Assembly (NCBI GenBank): GCA_040386535.1 | Contig: JAZKFH010000010.1 | Coordinates: 1 to 64,000 of the forward strand | Length of the DNA stretch: 64,000 bases | Direction of reading: 5' to 3' | DNA from: Myxococcota bacterium | Lineage (GTDB): Bacteria > Myxococcota_A > UBA796 > SXON01 | In this document: one piece after another, positions 38,775 through 47,618 of the stretch | Position numbering within the stretch: position 1 is the first letter of the stretch | How the letters are laid out: each line of letters starts with the position of its first letter | Translations under genes and position numbers: made by a program | Notes under the pieces: model-generated | The model's database searches: none | Told to the model about the DNA's origin: nothing | What the model saw: the letters and a program-made list of their open reading frames with translations, nothing else

Positions 38775-39967
38775 TGCTGCTCGTGTGGGCACCGCTGACC
38801 TGGGCCGCCGCGCCGGAGGCCGTCACGACCACCGTCGTGCAGGCCCGCCCGGACACCCTCGGCGCCCCCTTCGTGGCGGCGTGGCAGTCCGCGTCGGGCA
38901 CCTGGGATCTCGGCGGCGCGCGGCTGGAGGGCTACGGCGAGGTCGGGTGGCCGGCCGGGGTCGACTCGCCCGTGGTCCCCGAGATCTACGTGCTCACGGC
39001 CGACGGCGGCGCGGCGCGGATCGATTGGACGCTCGGGCGCCAGCGGATCGAGCTGCCCACCTGGGGCCGCCTGCTCGATGGCGGGCGCTTCGCGTGGTCG
39101 CCCTCGGACGTGGTGCGCCTGGAGGTGTGGGCCGGGCAAGCGCGCCACGTCGGGCTCGACGGCCTCACGTCGGGCGCCCCCCTCGCGCGGGTGGCCGCAA
39201 CGGTCTCCGCGGGCGACTGGTTCGGCGTGGCGGGCGTTTGGGCCGAAGCAGGGCCCAAGCTCACCAAGGGCGGCGCGCTGCACCCCGACCTTCGCCTGCG
39301 TTGGCGGAGCACGAACGTGCCCCTCCGGCCCGACATCACCGCGCTCGGATCGCTGGGGATCGCCGGCGGGGCCACCGTCGTCGAGCGCGCCCGCGTCGAG
39401 GTGATGGTGCGCCCCGCGGCCGGCGTCCGCGCGCGGCTGCACGCCGAGCACCGCCAATCGGCCCACGGTGCCGCCCCGCTCGGCCCGGCGATCCTCACCA
39501 CGTTCGCCCCCGACGGCGCCGACGAGCTCGGCGTGGGCCTCGGGCGCAGCGACGCGCGGCGCGCCGAGCTGTGGGCATCCGTCGCGATGCAGACCTGGAA
39601 GGCGGGGGCGGACCGCGAGTTGGGCGCGCGCGCCGAGGTGGTGTGGCGCCCGACCTGCTCCGCCGAGTCGTGGTGTGTCTCCCCCGCCTGGCACGGCGTG
39701 ACCGGCCCCGGCGGCGTGTACCAATCGTTCGGCGCCTCCACCGCCCTGCCGGTGCCCGAGCCGCTCTTCCTGACGGTGAACGCCGCGGTCATCCCCTACC
39801 GAAAGCCACACTCCCCGTGGGACACCGCGCTGGTGCTCGGCGCCACCGCCGAGGTGCGCCCCACCACGTCGTTCTGGTCGCTCTCCGTAGGCGGCGAGGT
39901 CGCGCGGGACGCGATCGCGCCCGTCGATCCGCGCGCGTGGCTCGCGCTCCGGTTGGAGACCCAATGA
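38771..39967 (+). CDS. Probable outer-membrane beta-barrel (porin of a porin-cytochrome complex)
   Basis: Signal peptide, no heme motif, alternating strands, LGRQ motif, terminal strand WLALRL; ATGA-coupled between cytochromes. Confidence 0.7.
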   Translation: MMLLVWAPLTWAAAPEAVTTTVVQARPDTLGAPFVAAWQSASGTWDLGGARLEGYGEVGWPAGVDSPVVPEIYVLTADGGAARIDWTLGRQRIELPTWGRLLDGGRFAWSPSDVVRLEVWAGQARHVGLDGLTSGAPLARVAATVSAGDWFGVAGVWAEAGPKLTKGGALHPDLRLRWRSTNVPLRPDITALGSLGIAGGATVVERARVEVMVRPAAGVRARLHAEHRQSAHGAAPLGPAILTTFAPDGADELGVGLGRSDARRAELWASVAMQTWKAGADRELGARAEVVWRPTCSAESWCVSPAWHGVTGPGGVYQSFGASTALPVPEPLFLTVNAAVIPYRKPHSPWDTALVLGATAEVRPTTSFWSLSVGGEVARDAIAPVDPRAWLALRLETQ

Positions 39968-40593
39968 GCGGACTCCTGCGAACGATGCCCGCCGTGCGCG
40001 CCCTGCTGATCCTCCTGCTCGTGGTGCTGGTGCTCCCGGCGTTCGCCGGAGAGGCCGAACGTGCCGCGATCTTCGCGCGGTTCGACCACGCCGCGCACAC
40101 CCGTCCGATGAAGCGCGCCGACGTTTCTTGCACCGCGTGCCACCAGGTCGGCGCGACCAGCGGCCCGGCCGCCACCCAGACCCAGCTCCGTGAAACGTTC
40201 CTCGTGCCACGCAACGACACGTGTCACACGTGCCACGCGCCGGGCGAGGGCGAGCTCGGCGCCGGCGACGGGATGAACAGCGCGCCCCGGGCCTGCGCCA
40301 CCTGCCACGCCGACGTGCGCGCGCCGGAGTCACACGCCGTCGGCTGGCTTGCGATGCACGGTGGCGAAGCGGCGGTGAGCGCGGTGACCTGCCGCGACTG
40401 CCACACCCGCACCACCTGCGCCGAGTGCCACGATCGGCGCGAGAACGCCACGTCCAAGGTGCACCCATCCTCGTGGCTCACGGTGCACGGCATCGCCGCG
40501 CGCGCCGGCCCCGCGAGTTGTGACAGCTGCCACGTCCAGGCCGAGTGCACCAGCTGCCACGCCTCGGGCGCGGGCTTCGGGCGGTCGCCATGA
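39964..40593 (+). CDS. Heptaheme periplasmic cytochrome (c3/c7-like)
   Basis: Signal peptide AFA; FDHAAH; 7 CxxCH; H..W..HG repeats. Confidence 0.9.
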   Translation: MSGLLRTMPAVRALLILLLVVLVLPAFAGEAERAAIFARFDHAAHTRPMKRADVSCTACHQVGATSGPAATQTQLRETFLVPRNDTCHTCHAPGEGELGAGDGMNSAPRACATCHADVRAPESHAVGWLAMHGGEAAVSAVTCRDCHTRTTCAECHDRRENATSKVHPSSWLTVHGIAARAGPASCDSCHVQAECTSCHASGAGFGRSP

Positions 40594-40880
40594 GCCGCTT
40601 GGTGGTGGTCGTGCTCTCGGTGTTGGGCGGCTGCGCCGCGCCGGACCCGTGTGCGGACAAGCGCGACCTCTCCAACTCTCCCGCCGGCCTCACGCTCACC
40701 GCGGCCGAACACCCCGCCGGGTGGGGCCGCGCCGAGTGTTTCCAGTGCCACCAGCGCTGGAACGTGCACCAGGACGACTGCATCGACGGCGTGGCGATCG
40801 GCCCCATCGACACCGAGCAGGGCTGCGCGAGCTGCCACGGCGGCAACGGCGTGTCGGCCGATACCGGAGGGGCGCCGTGA
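40590..40880 (+). CDS. Small diheme lipoprotein cytochrome
   Basis: LGGC lipobox; CFQCH, CASCH. Confidence 0.85.
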   Translation: MSRLVVVVLSVLGGCAAPDPCADKRDLSNSPAGLTLTAAEHPAGWGRAECFQCHQRWNVHQDDCIDGVAIGPIDTEQGCASCHGGNGVSADTGGAP

Positions 40881-41722
40881 GGGTGTTCCTCCTGCTGCTG
40901 GTCCTGCTCGCGATCGTCGCCACGCCGACGCTCCAGGCCTCACCCGGCGCCTCCACGCGGGTCGGGATGAGCCCCCACGGCGCGCCGGGCGCGTGCGCGA
41001 CCTGCCACGCTCCAACGTCGGGCCCCTCCCCCGGCGCCGTGCGGCCGGTCGATGCCACGTGCCGGAGCTGCCACGCCGACGCCGACTCGCACCCCGTCAA
41101 CGTGAAGCCGCGCGACATCGTCATCGCCCCCGGCTTCCCGCTCGAGAACGGGCTGGTGACCTGCGCCACGTGCCACGCCGAGCCCTCCTGCGACGCCGGC
41201 CGCGAGAAGCTCGGGCCCTTCCTGCGCGGCGGCACCCCCGACCGCAAGGTGGAGTTCTGCAACCGGTGCCACGCGCCCACCACGCTGCAGCGGGTGGATC
41301 CGCACCACCCGGCCACGCCCACCGCGGAGGGCGATCCAACGTGCGCGGCCTGCCACAGCGGCAAGCCCGAGGCCGCGGCGCTCCCGGCGGTGGCGCGCCT
41401 TCGCACGGCGCCCGCCGACGCTTGTGTCACGTGTCACCCCGGCCCGGTCCACGCCGGCGCCGCCGAACACGTCGGCAAGGTCCAGGCGCCGCTCTCGGCC
41501 GCGCTCGCCCAGGCGCTGCCCCTCGACACCGGCAACCGTGTCGCGTGCTGGACGTGTCACGACGTGCACGCGCACGGCAGCCCCGCGCCTAGCACCCCCA
41601 GCCCCCTCACCGTAGCGCTCCAGCGCCCCGCCGCGCCCCCCGCCACGGACCACCCCTCGATGCTGGCATTGCCGGCCGCGGACGGCACCCTCTGCCGCGC
41701 CTGCCACGGAAAGGGCCCATGA
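40877..41722 (+). CDS. Octaheme cytochrome c with paired-CxxCH motifs
   Basis: Signal peptide; 8 CxxCH. Confidence 0.9.
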   Translation: MRVFLLLLVLLAIVATPTLQASPGASTRVGMSPHGAPGACATCHAPTSGPSPGAVRPVDATCRSCHADADSHPVNVKPRDIVIAPGFPLENGLVTCATCHAEPSCDAGREKLGPFLRGGTPDRKVEFCNRCHAPTTLQRVDPHHPATPTAEGDPTCAACHSGKPEAAALPAVARLRTAPADACVTCHPGPVHAGAAEHVGKVQAPLSAALAQALPLDTGNRVACWTCHDVHAHGSPAPSTPSPLTVALQRPAAPPATDHPSMLALPAADGTLCRACHGKGP

Positions 41723-44238
41723 TCGCGCTCGCCCTCCTCCTGGCGGCCTGTGACGGCGCCGAAGCGCCCGGCGGCACGCAGACCGCCGCGCTCCTCCCGG
41801 TCGACGAGGTCGCGACCGTCGTGTTGGACGCCGTGCTCCCCTCCGACGCGCTCTGGCTCCCCACCGGGGAGCTGCTCGTGCTCGACGGGTACGCGGGGCG
41901 CATCCTCCGCTTCGGCCCCGACGGCGCGGCGCGCGGCACCTGGAGCGAGGCCGCCAACCTCGGGGGCGCCGTGCGCCTCTCCCCCGCCGCGGACGGCGGC
42001 GTATGGGCCGTGGTGCCCGGGGACGAAGGCGACGCCGGGCTCCTCCTCCACCTCACGGTCGAGGGCGTGCTCGACACCATCCGCCCGCCCCAGGCGATCG
42101 ACGGCACCACGCTGCACCCGGTGGACGTGGTCGACCTCGGCAAGCACCTGCTCATCGCCGAGCGCACCGGCGCGCTGTCCTGGCTGGATCCGGCCACCGG
42201 CGCGCTCACCCGCACCCTCACCCACTTCGTCGCCGTCGGCGTCGACGCGGCCCCGCTGCGTCGCATCGTCGACCTCGCGCGGGACGTGGACGGCGGCGTC
42301 GTGGCGGTCGACACCCTGCTCCCCCGCGTCATCCCCGTCGACGCCGCCGGCCGGCCCGGCGCGGGCTTCGGCCGCCGCGGGCTCTCCGACGGTCACCTGT
42401 TCCGCCCCACCTCAGCCGCGGTGCTCCCCGGCGGTCTGCTCGTCGCCGACTCGGTGCTGGGCGCCGTCCAGGCCTTCGAGGCCGACGGGGACACGATCGG
42501 GCTCCTCGCGATCGACGGGACCGCGCTGGTGTTCGGGCATCCGGTGGCCGTGCGCGTCGACGACGACTCGCTCGTGGCCGTGCTCGAGGCGAAGCCCGCG
42601 CGCCTGCACCTCGTTCGGCTCCAGGGGCCGCTGCCGGAGGCCCCGCCCCCGTCGCTGCTGCGCACCACCCTGGTGGACGCCGACGCCGACCCGGCGGGCA
42701 CGAACGGCGCCGCCTGCGTGCAATGCCACGACGGGCTCGTGCTCGACGGCCGCGACGTGTGGGATCCGGCACGCGGCCATCACCCCCGCGAAATGGTCCC
42801 CGTGGGGCCCCTCCCCGCCTTCTTTCCGCTCGAGGACGGCAAGATCGTGTGCACGACGTGCCACTCGCCACACGGCGTCGTGGACGCCCCGGTCGGCGCT
42901 GGAGAAGCGACCGGCTCCGCCGCGCCCCTCATCCGCCACAAGAGCGCCAGATCGCCGTTCCTCCGCCTCGACACCGACGCGGACGCGTTGTGCCTCGCCT
43001 GTCACACCGAGAACGAGCACACCAACGCCGGCACGGCGTCGTTGGGAGGGAGCGCGGCCGGCCACCCCACCGGCCCGGCCCTGATCGACGCCCTGAAGTC
43101 CCGCGACGGCGGCGGCCCGACCGACCCGACCCTGGCGAGCTGCCTCTCCTGCCACGCCATGCACGGCGCCACTGGCGACGCGATCACGCGCGACCCGAAC
43201 GACGGCAGCACCTGCCTCGGCTGTCACCCGGCGATGGGGAAGCCGGCCACCAACCACCCGCTCGGCAACGCGGCCGGGCGGGATCTCGGCGGCGAACGTG
43301 GCAGCCACGTGGCGCTCTCCGCGGCCGGCGGCATCGGCTGCCTGACCTGCCACGACCTCGGCGGCGACGCGAAGATCAGCCTGGTGCGCACCCTCCCCGG
43401 CGGGCGGGCCGTGTGCCTCGACTGTCACGACGAGCGCACCGATCTGGCGGGCAGCGGGCACGCCAAACTCGCGCGGGACGGCGCCCCCACCTGCGTTGCG
43501 TGTCACGACGTACACGGCGGCGAGCGCGACGCCCAGTTCGTGACCGCCACCCCGACAACCGCGGGGGATCCGACGGCCTGCCTTTCCTGCCACGCGCCCG
43601 GCAAACGCGGCGCTTCCGCCGGCGCCGCGCCCGGCCGCGTTGGCCACCCGGTCGACGGCCACACGTTGGAGAATGGGGACGCGCTCACCTGCCTCACGTG
43701 CCACGATGCCCACGCCGCCGACCTCCCCAGGGCCGGGAGCTGCGCCGAGTGCCACGCCCCCGAGGCCTCCGCTGCGAGCCGGGGAGGCCACGGCTCCGCG
43801 ACGTGCCTCGACTGTCACCCCGCGCACGGTCGGGCGCCCGCCGCCCCGGCCGCCCTCGCGCGCATTACCAATCCCGCCAGCAGCCGTTGCCTCGCGTGTC
43901 ACGCCCCGGGAACATCCAACACGAAGGCGACCAAGCTCGCCAGTTGGGACCACCCCGTGCCCACGTTCCTCCCCGACGGCAGCCGCTGGGCGCCCCTCGC
44001 CGGGCTCACCCTCTACACCACGAGCGGCGCTCCGGCGGCCCCCGGCGCCAACGGGGATCTGGCGTGCGAGAGCTGCCACGTCGTGCACGGACCGGAGGCC
44101 TCCGGCGAGGATCACCTGCGCAAGCGCGGCGGCTGGCAGGAGGCCTGCTCCTCGTGCCACGGCGACGAGGCCCTCGTGATGTACCGCTACTTCCACCAGC
44201 CCGATCGCCGCGACGATCTGCTCGGAGCGAGCCCATGA
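41719..44238 (+). CDS. Lipoprotein: NHL-type beta-propeller fused to 15-heme cytochrome
   Basis: LAAC lipobox; P.D/V blade repeats (HPVDV, RPTSA, HPVAV); 15 CxxCH. Confidence 0.88.
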   Translation: MIALALLLAACDGAEAPGGTQTAALLPVDEVATVVLDAVLPSDALWLPTGELLVLDGYAGRILRFGPDGAARGTWSEAANLGGAVRLSPAADGGVWAVVPGDEGDAGLLLHLTVEGVLDTIRPPQAIDGTTLHPVDVVDLGKHLLIAERTGALSWLDPATGALTRTLTHFVAVGVDAAPLRRIVDLARDVDGGVVAVDTLLPRVIPVDAAGRPGAGFGRRGLSDGHLFRPTSAAVLPGGLLVADSVLGAVQAFEADGDTIGLLAIDGTALVFGHPVAVRVDDDSLVAVLEAKPARLHLVRLQGPLPEAPPPSLLRTTLVDADADPAGTNGAACVQCHDGLVLDGRDVWDPARGHHPREMVPVGPLPAFFPLEDGKIVCTTCHSPHGVVDAPVGAGEATGSAAPLIRHKSARSPFLRLDTDADALCLACHTENEHTNAGTASLGGSAAGHPTGPALIDALKSRDGGGPTDPTLASCLSCHAMHGATGDAITRDPNDGSTCLGCHPAMGKPATNHPLGNAAGRDLGGERGSHVALSAAGGIGCLTCHDLGGDAKISLVRTLPGGRAVCLDCHDERTDLAGSGHAKLARDGAPTCVACHDVHGGERDAQFVTATPTTAGDPTACLSCHAPGKRGASAGAAPGRVGHPVDGHTLENGDALTCLTCHDAHAADLPRAGSCAECHAPEASAASRGGHGSATCLDCHPAHGRAPAAPAALARITNPASSRCLACHAPGTSNTKATKLASWDHPVPTFLPDGSRWAPLAGLTLYTTSGAPAAPGANGDLACESCHVVHGPEASGEDHLRKRGGWQEACSSCHGDEALVMYRYFHQPDRRDDLLGASP

Positions 44239-44399
44239 TCCCCTCCCCCGTCGAACCGTCGCCGTCGGCCGAGCCCAGCGTGTGGCCCCGCACCGTGAAG
44301 CTCGCGATCGCAGCGTTCCTCCTCGGCTTCCTCCTCTTCGGCCCCGGCCTCGGGCAGGCGCGTTTTCTGCTGGATGCGTACCACCACGGGGGGTTGTAG
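44235..44399 (+). CDS. 54-aa single-TM peptide within the cytochrome operon
   Basis: ATGA overlap upstream, stop abuts next ATG; hydrophobic helix, C-terminal YHHGG. Confidence 0.6.
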   Translation: MIPSPVEPSPSAEPSVWPRTVKLAIAAFLLGFLLFGPGLGQARFLLDAYHHGGL

Positions 44400-45080
44400 A
44401 TGGGCAGACGTCTGCGCGCCGCGTTCGTGTGGCTGCGATCCACCAGGGCGTGGCTGGTGCTCCACCCGGTGTCGCTCGCGGTCGTCGTGTTCGCGCTCGT
44501 CGGGGGCGGTGCCAGCGGAGTGCCCGCCGGTGCGGCGATGCACACCTACATGTGGAAGGACGCGCGGTTCTGTGACGACTGTCACGTGCACGACTACGCC
44601 AACGAGGCCTGGGAGCGCTCTGCCCACGCGCGCCTCACCACCTGCCACGATTGCCACCGCGTGCCGATCCGGCACTACCCGAACAACCTCTACCTCGCGT
44701 TGTTCGACCGACCGCAGGTGCCCGAGGACATTCCCCAGCCCGACGTGGGCGTGGTGATCTGCGAGCAATGCCACTCCGAGACCGGTGACGACGAGCCGCT
44801 GACCGGGCCCCTGCCGGAGAAGCTGCGCCCGTGGGTGGTCAAGGTGGACCAGAGCCCGCTGCACCGCCTCCACCTGGACGCCACGAGCCGCGTCATCGAA
44901 TGCCTCGACTGCCACGGCGGCCGCCACCTCGAGGTGCACCGCTTCACGGCCACCTCGGAGGGCTGCGAAACCTGCCACGCCGGGATCCGCCCCGAGGACG
45001 AGAGCGGGCGCACCCTCTCGTGTCTCGATTGCCACGCCCAAGGCTTCCTGGGCCACGCCGGCGCGGCCGCCGCGCCGTGA
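44400..45080 (+). CDS. Membrane-anchored hexaheme cytochrome, NapC/NirT-like N-terminus
   Basis: Basic N-terminus + TM, FCDDCH..W..SAH..CHDCH; 6 CxxCH. Confidence 0.8.
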   Translation: MGRRLRAAFVWLRSTRAWLVLHPVSLAVVVFALVGGGASGVPAGAAMHTYMWKDARFCDDCHVHDYANEAWERSAHARLTTCHDCHRVPIRHYPNNLYLALFDRPQVPEDIPQPDVGVVICEQCHSETGDDEPLTGPLPEKLRPWVVKVDQSPLHRLHLDATSRVIECLDCHGGRHLEVHRFTATSEGCETCHAGIRPEDESGRTLSCLDCHAQGFLGHAGAAAAP

Positions 45081-45135
45081 CGACACCCCCTCTCCTTGCT
45101 TCTCGCACCCTTCTCCAACTGACACCGAGGTCTCG

Positions 45136-47433
45136 ATGCAACTGAACCGATGGAAAATGACGGTCACGACCGGATGGGCGCTGCTCGCGCTCGCCGGGTG
45201 TGGCGTCGAGCCCGGCAAGAACGGCGAGGACGGCACCAAGGGCGCCGACGGCACGGACGGGCTCGACGGCTCGGATGGCACGGACGGCACAGACGGGCTC
45301 GACGGCACCGACGGGATCGACGGCCGCGACGGCCACGTCGGAGATGGCCCCTGGGGCGTGAACCTGGAGATCGTCGAGATCGCCGGGGCCACCGGCGGCG
45401 GCGGCGCCTTCCAGGTGGGCGACTACCCGGTGATCACCTTCGGCGTGACCGACGACGACGGCTTCGAGTACGACATGGCCGAGCTCTCCGCGGTGTACTT
45501 CAACCTCGCCGGGCCCACCAGCCACGTGCAGATCGTGGTGTACAACTCCGACCTCGCGCGCGTCGTGGACACCGCGGTCTACAACTACGACGGCACCTGG
45601 ACCTACACGTTCGACCTGCCGATCCCGGCGGTGTACGACGCCGTCCCCAACGACACGCCCGACCTCGGCGTGGACGACGGGGACTGGGGGGGCCTGCCGC
45701 TCGTGGACGGCACCTACATCCTCGGCGCCTGGGCGTACCTGAGCCAAGAGGACGAGGACGGGGAGTCGTACGTCGAGACCGACAACGTCACGACCAACGT
45801 GCTCGTGGGCGCCGCCACGGTCGTGGAGCCGCGCGAGAACGTGCTCGCGGACAACTGCGCCGACTGCCACGGCGACACGTTCGAGGCCCACGGTGGCAGC
45901 CGCCGCGACCTCGACCTCTGCATCACCTGTCACGTGGACGGCTCCGAGGACCGCTACTCCGCCACCGACGCCACGACGACGCCCGGCGCGACCGTCGGCA
46001 TGACGTCCATGATCCACAAGATCCACATGGGCGCCGACCTCACTAACGGCGTGTTCCTGAACGGCTTCCCCGGCGACCCCGGCGCCACCGGATACCCCGA
46101 CTACAACGAGCACGACTTCTCCGAGGTGGTGTTCCCGAGCTGGCCGCTCGCCACCGCGGACTGTGCGTCCTGCCACGAGGGCGCCACCGGCGGCGATGTC
46201 GCGGAGAAGCCCACCCGGCTCGCCTGCGGCTCCTGCCACGACAGCCTCGACTTCGAGACCGGCGAGAACCACGAGGGCGGCGCCCAGGTGGACGACTCCA
46301 ACTGCGCCGTGTGCCACTCCTCGGGGTTCGTGCCCGAGCACGGCGATCCCCGCGACCAGGGCGACGTGTGGGAGAGCAACGGCCACGCCGCGGGCAAGAC
46401 CGGCGTGAACATCACGGTGCTCACGGTCACCAACGGCGATGGCGAGACGACGCTCCAGCCCGGTGACACGGTGACCGCGACGTTCTCGGTCCTCTACGAC
46501 GACGGGACGCCCATCCCCCAGTCGTTCTTCGCGTACAGCGCGGCCTCGTCCACGTGCCCGACCATCTCCGGCGCTGGCACCGCCGTCCTGGTCGGCCCCA
46601 GCGACCACATGCAGCGCACGATGTACTCGCCTTCGGCGGGCAGCACGACCACGGTCGGCTCGGTCTTCGGCTCGTCCACGGTCGACACGACCACGGGGAT
46701 CTGGACCTACACGTTCATGAACACGGACGGGACGGCCCAGCCCATCCCGGCGACCTACGCGCTCCAGGTCAACGACACGGCGGAGTACGTCGACCTCTAC
46801 GGGGATCTGTACGGCCAGGCGCTGCGCTCCGGCACCTACCGGGTCGAGGTGCTCCTCTACACGTCCGTTTGGGAGGACACGACGTGCGCCAGCGGCAGTG
46901 ACACCAGCGAGCGCTGGCGTGTCGCCGAGCCGGGCGGCCTGGACGTGCTCCTGGGCGACGCGACGACGATCGAGCCCCACTCCATCGTCACCGACGCGTC
47001 CTGCGAGTCCTGTCACAGCGAGGTCCGCTTCCACGGCGGCTCCCGCAAGGGCGTCGATTATTGTGTCACATGCCACACCCCGGGCTCGACGGACGGCGAC
47101 GTGCCCCCCGTGAGCGTGGACTTCGTGGCGGTGATCCACGGCACCCACTCCTCGGGCGCCGGGCTCGGCACCCCCTACGCGGGCGGCGGCACCCCGTACG
47201 ACATCACGTTCCCGCGCGTGGATGGCGGCGTCGCGGCCTGCGAGTCCTGCCACGGGGAGAACCCGGCGTGGCAGACCCCCTCGACCCGCGCGTGCATGAC
47301 GTGCCACACCAGCGACGCGGACTACGCCCACGCCGCGCTCAACACGGACGACGTGTACGGCGAGAGCTGCGAGGTGTGCCACGGCGAGGGCAGCGACTAC
47401 GCGGTCGAGGGCGTGCACGCCTGGGTCCGGTAG
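45136..47433 (+). CDS. OmcA/MtrC-family decaheme surface lipoprotein
   Basis: LAGC lipobox; beta domain + 5 hemes + beta domain + 5 hemes; HGG.R..C.TCH, MIHKIHMG, PTRLACGSCH. Confidence 0.9.
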   Translation: MQLNRWKMTVTTGWALLALAGCGVEPGKNGEDGTKGADGTDGLDGSDGTDGTDGLDGTDGIDGRDGHVGDGPWGVNLEIVEIAGATGGGGAFQVGDYPVITFGVTDDDGFEYDMAELSAVYFNLAGPTSHVQIVVYNSDLARVVDTAVYNYDGTWTYTFDLPIPAVYDAVPNDTPDLGVDDGDWGGLPLVDGTYILGAWAYLSQEDEDGESYVETDNVTTNVLVGAATVVEPRENVLADNCADCHGDTFEAHGGSRRDLDLCITCHVDGSEDRYSATDATTTPGATVGMTSMIHKIHMGADLTNGVFLNGFPGDPGATGYPDYNEHDFSEVVFPSWPLATADCASCHEGATGGDVAEKPTRLACGSCHDSLDFETGENHEGGAQVDDSNCAVCHSSGFVPEHGDPRDQGDVWESNGHAAGKTGVNITVLTVTNGDGETTLQPGDTVTATFSVLYDDGTPIPQSFFAYSAASSTCPTISGAGTAVLVGPSDHMQRTMYSPSAGSTTTVGSVFGSSTVDTTTGIWTYTFMNTDGTAQPIPATYALQVNDTAEYVDLYGDLYGQALRSGTYRVEVLLYTSVWEDTTCASGSDTSERWRVAEPGGLDVLLGDATTIEPHSIVTDASCESCHSEVRFHGGSRKGVDYCVTCHTPGSTDGDVPPVSVDFVAVIHGTHSSGAGLGTPYAGGGTPYDITFPRVDGGVAACESCHGENPAWQTPSTRACMTCHTSDADYAHAALNTDDVYGESCEVCHGEGSDYAVEGVHAWVR
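45214..45330 (+). repeat. Collagen-like (G-X-D) repeat, 13 triplets
   Basis: GKN GED GTK GAD GTD GLD GSD GTD GTD GLD GTD GID GRD. Confidence 0.9.
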
Positions 47434-47460
47434 GCGGCTGACGTAGGTGGACGTAGGCGG

Positions 47461-47490
47461 ACGGGAGGGGGGCGACCCTCTCCCGTTCTT
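47461..47490 (+). terminator. Probable intrinsic terminator of the cytochrome operon
   Basis: ACGGGAGGGGG-GCGA-CCCTCTCCCGT followed by TCTTGT. Confidence 0.6.
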
Positions 47491-47618
47491 GTCTGGGCAC
47501 GCGGGCATGCGTCACGTCACGTCGCACGTCACGTGACGGTCACGCCCTGATCGGCTCGAAACACGCCTCCCCCTTCGGCACGGCGGTTGCTGCATGGCGG
47601 GCACCGGAGACCCCGCCC

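Noticed and set aside
38771..39967. Naming the barrel mtrB and a neighbour mtrA
   Set aside because: Barrel is much shorter than MtrB and no neighbour shows an MtrA pattern I can recognise
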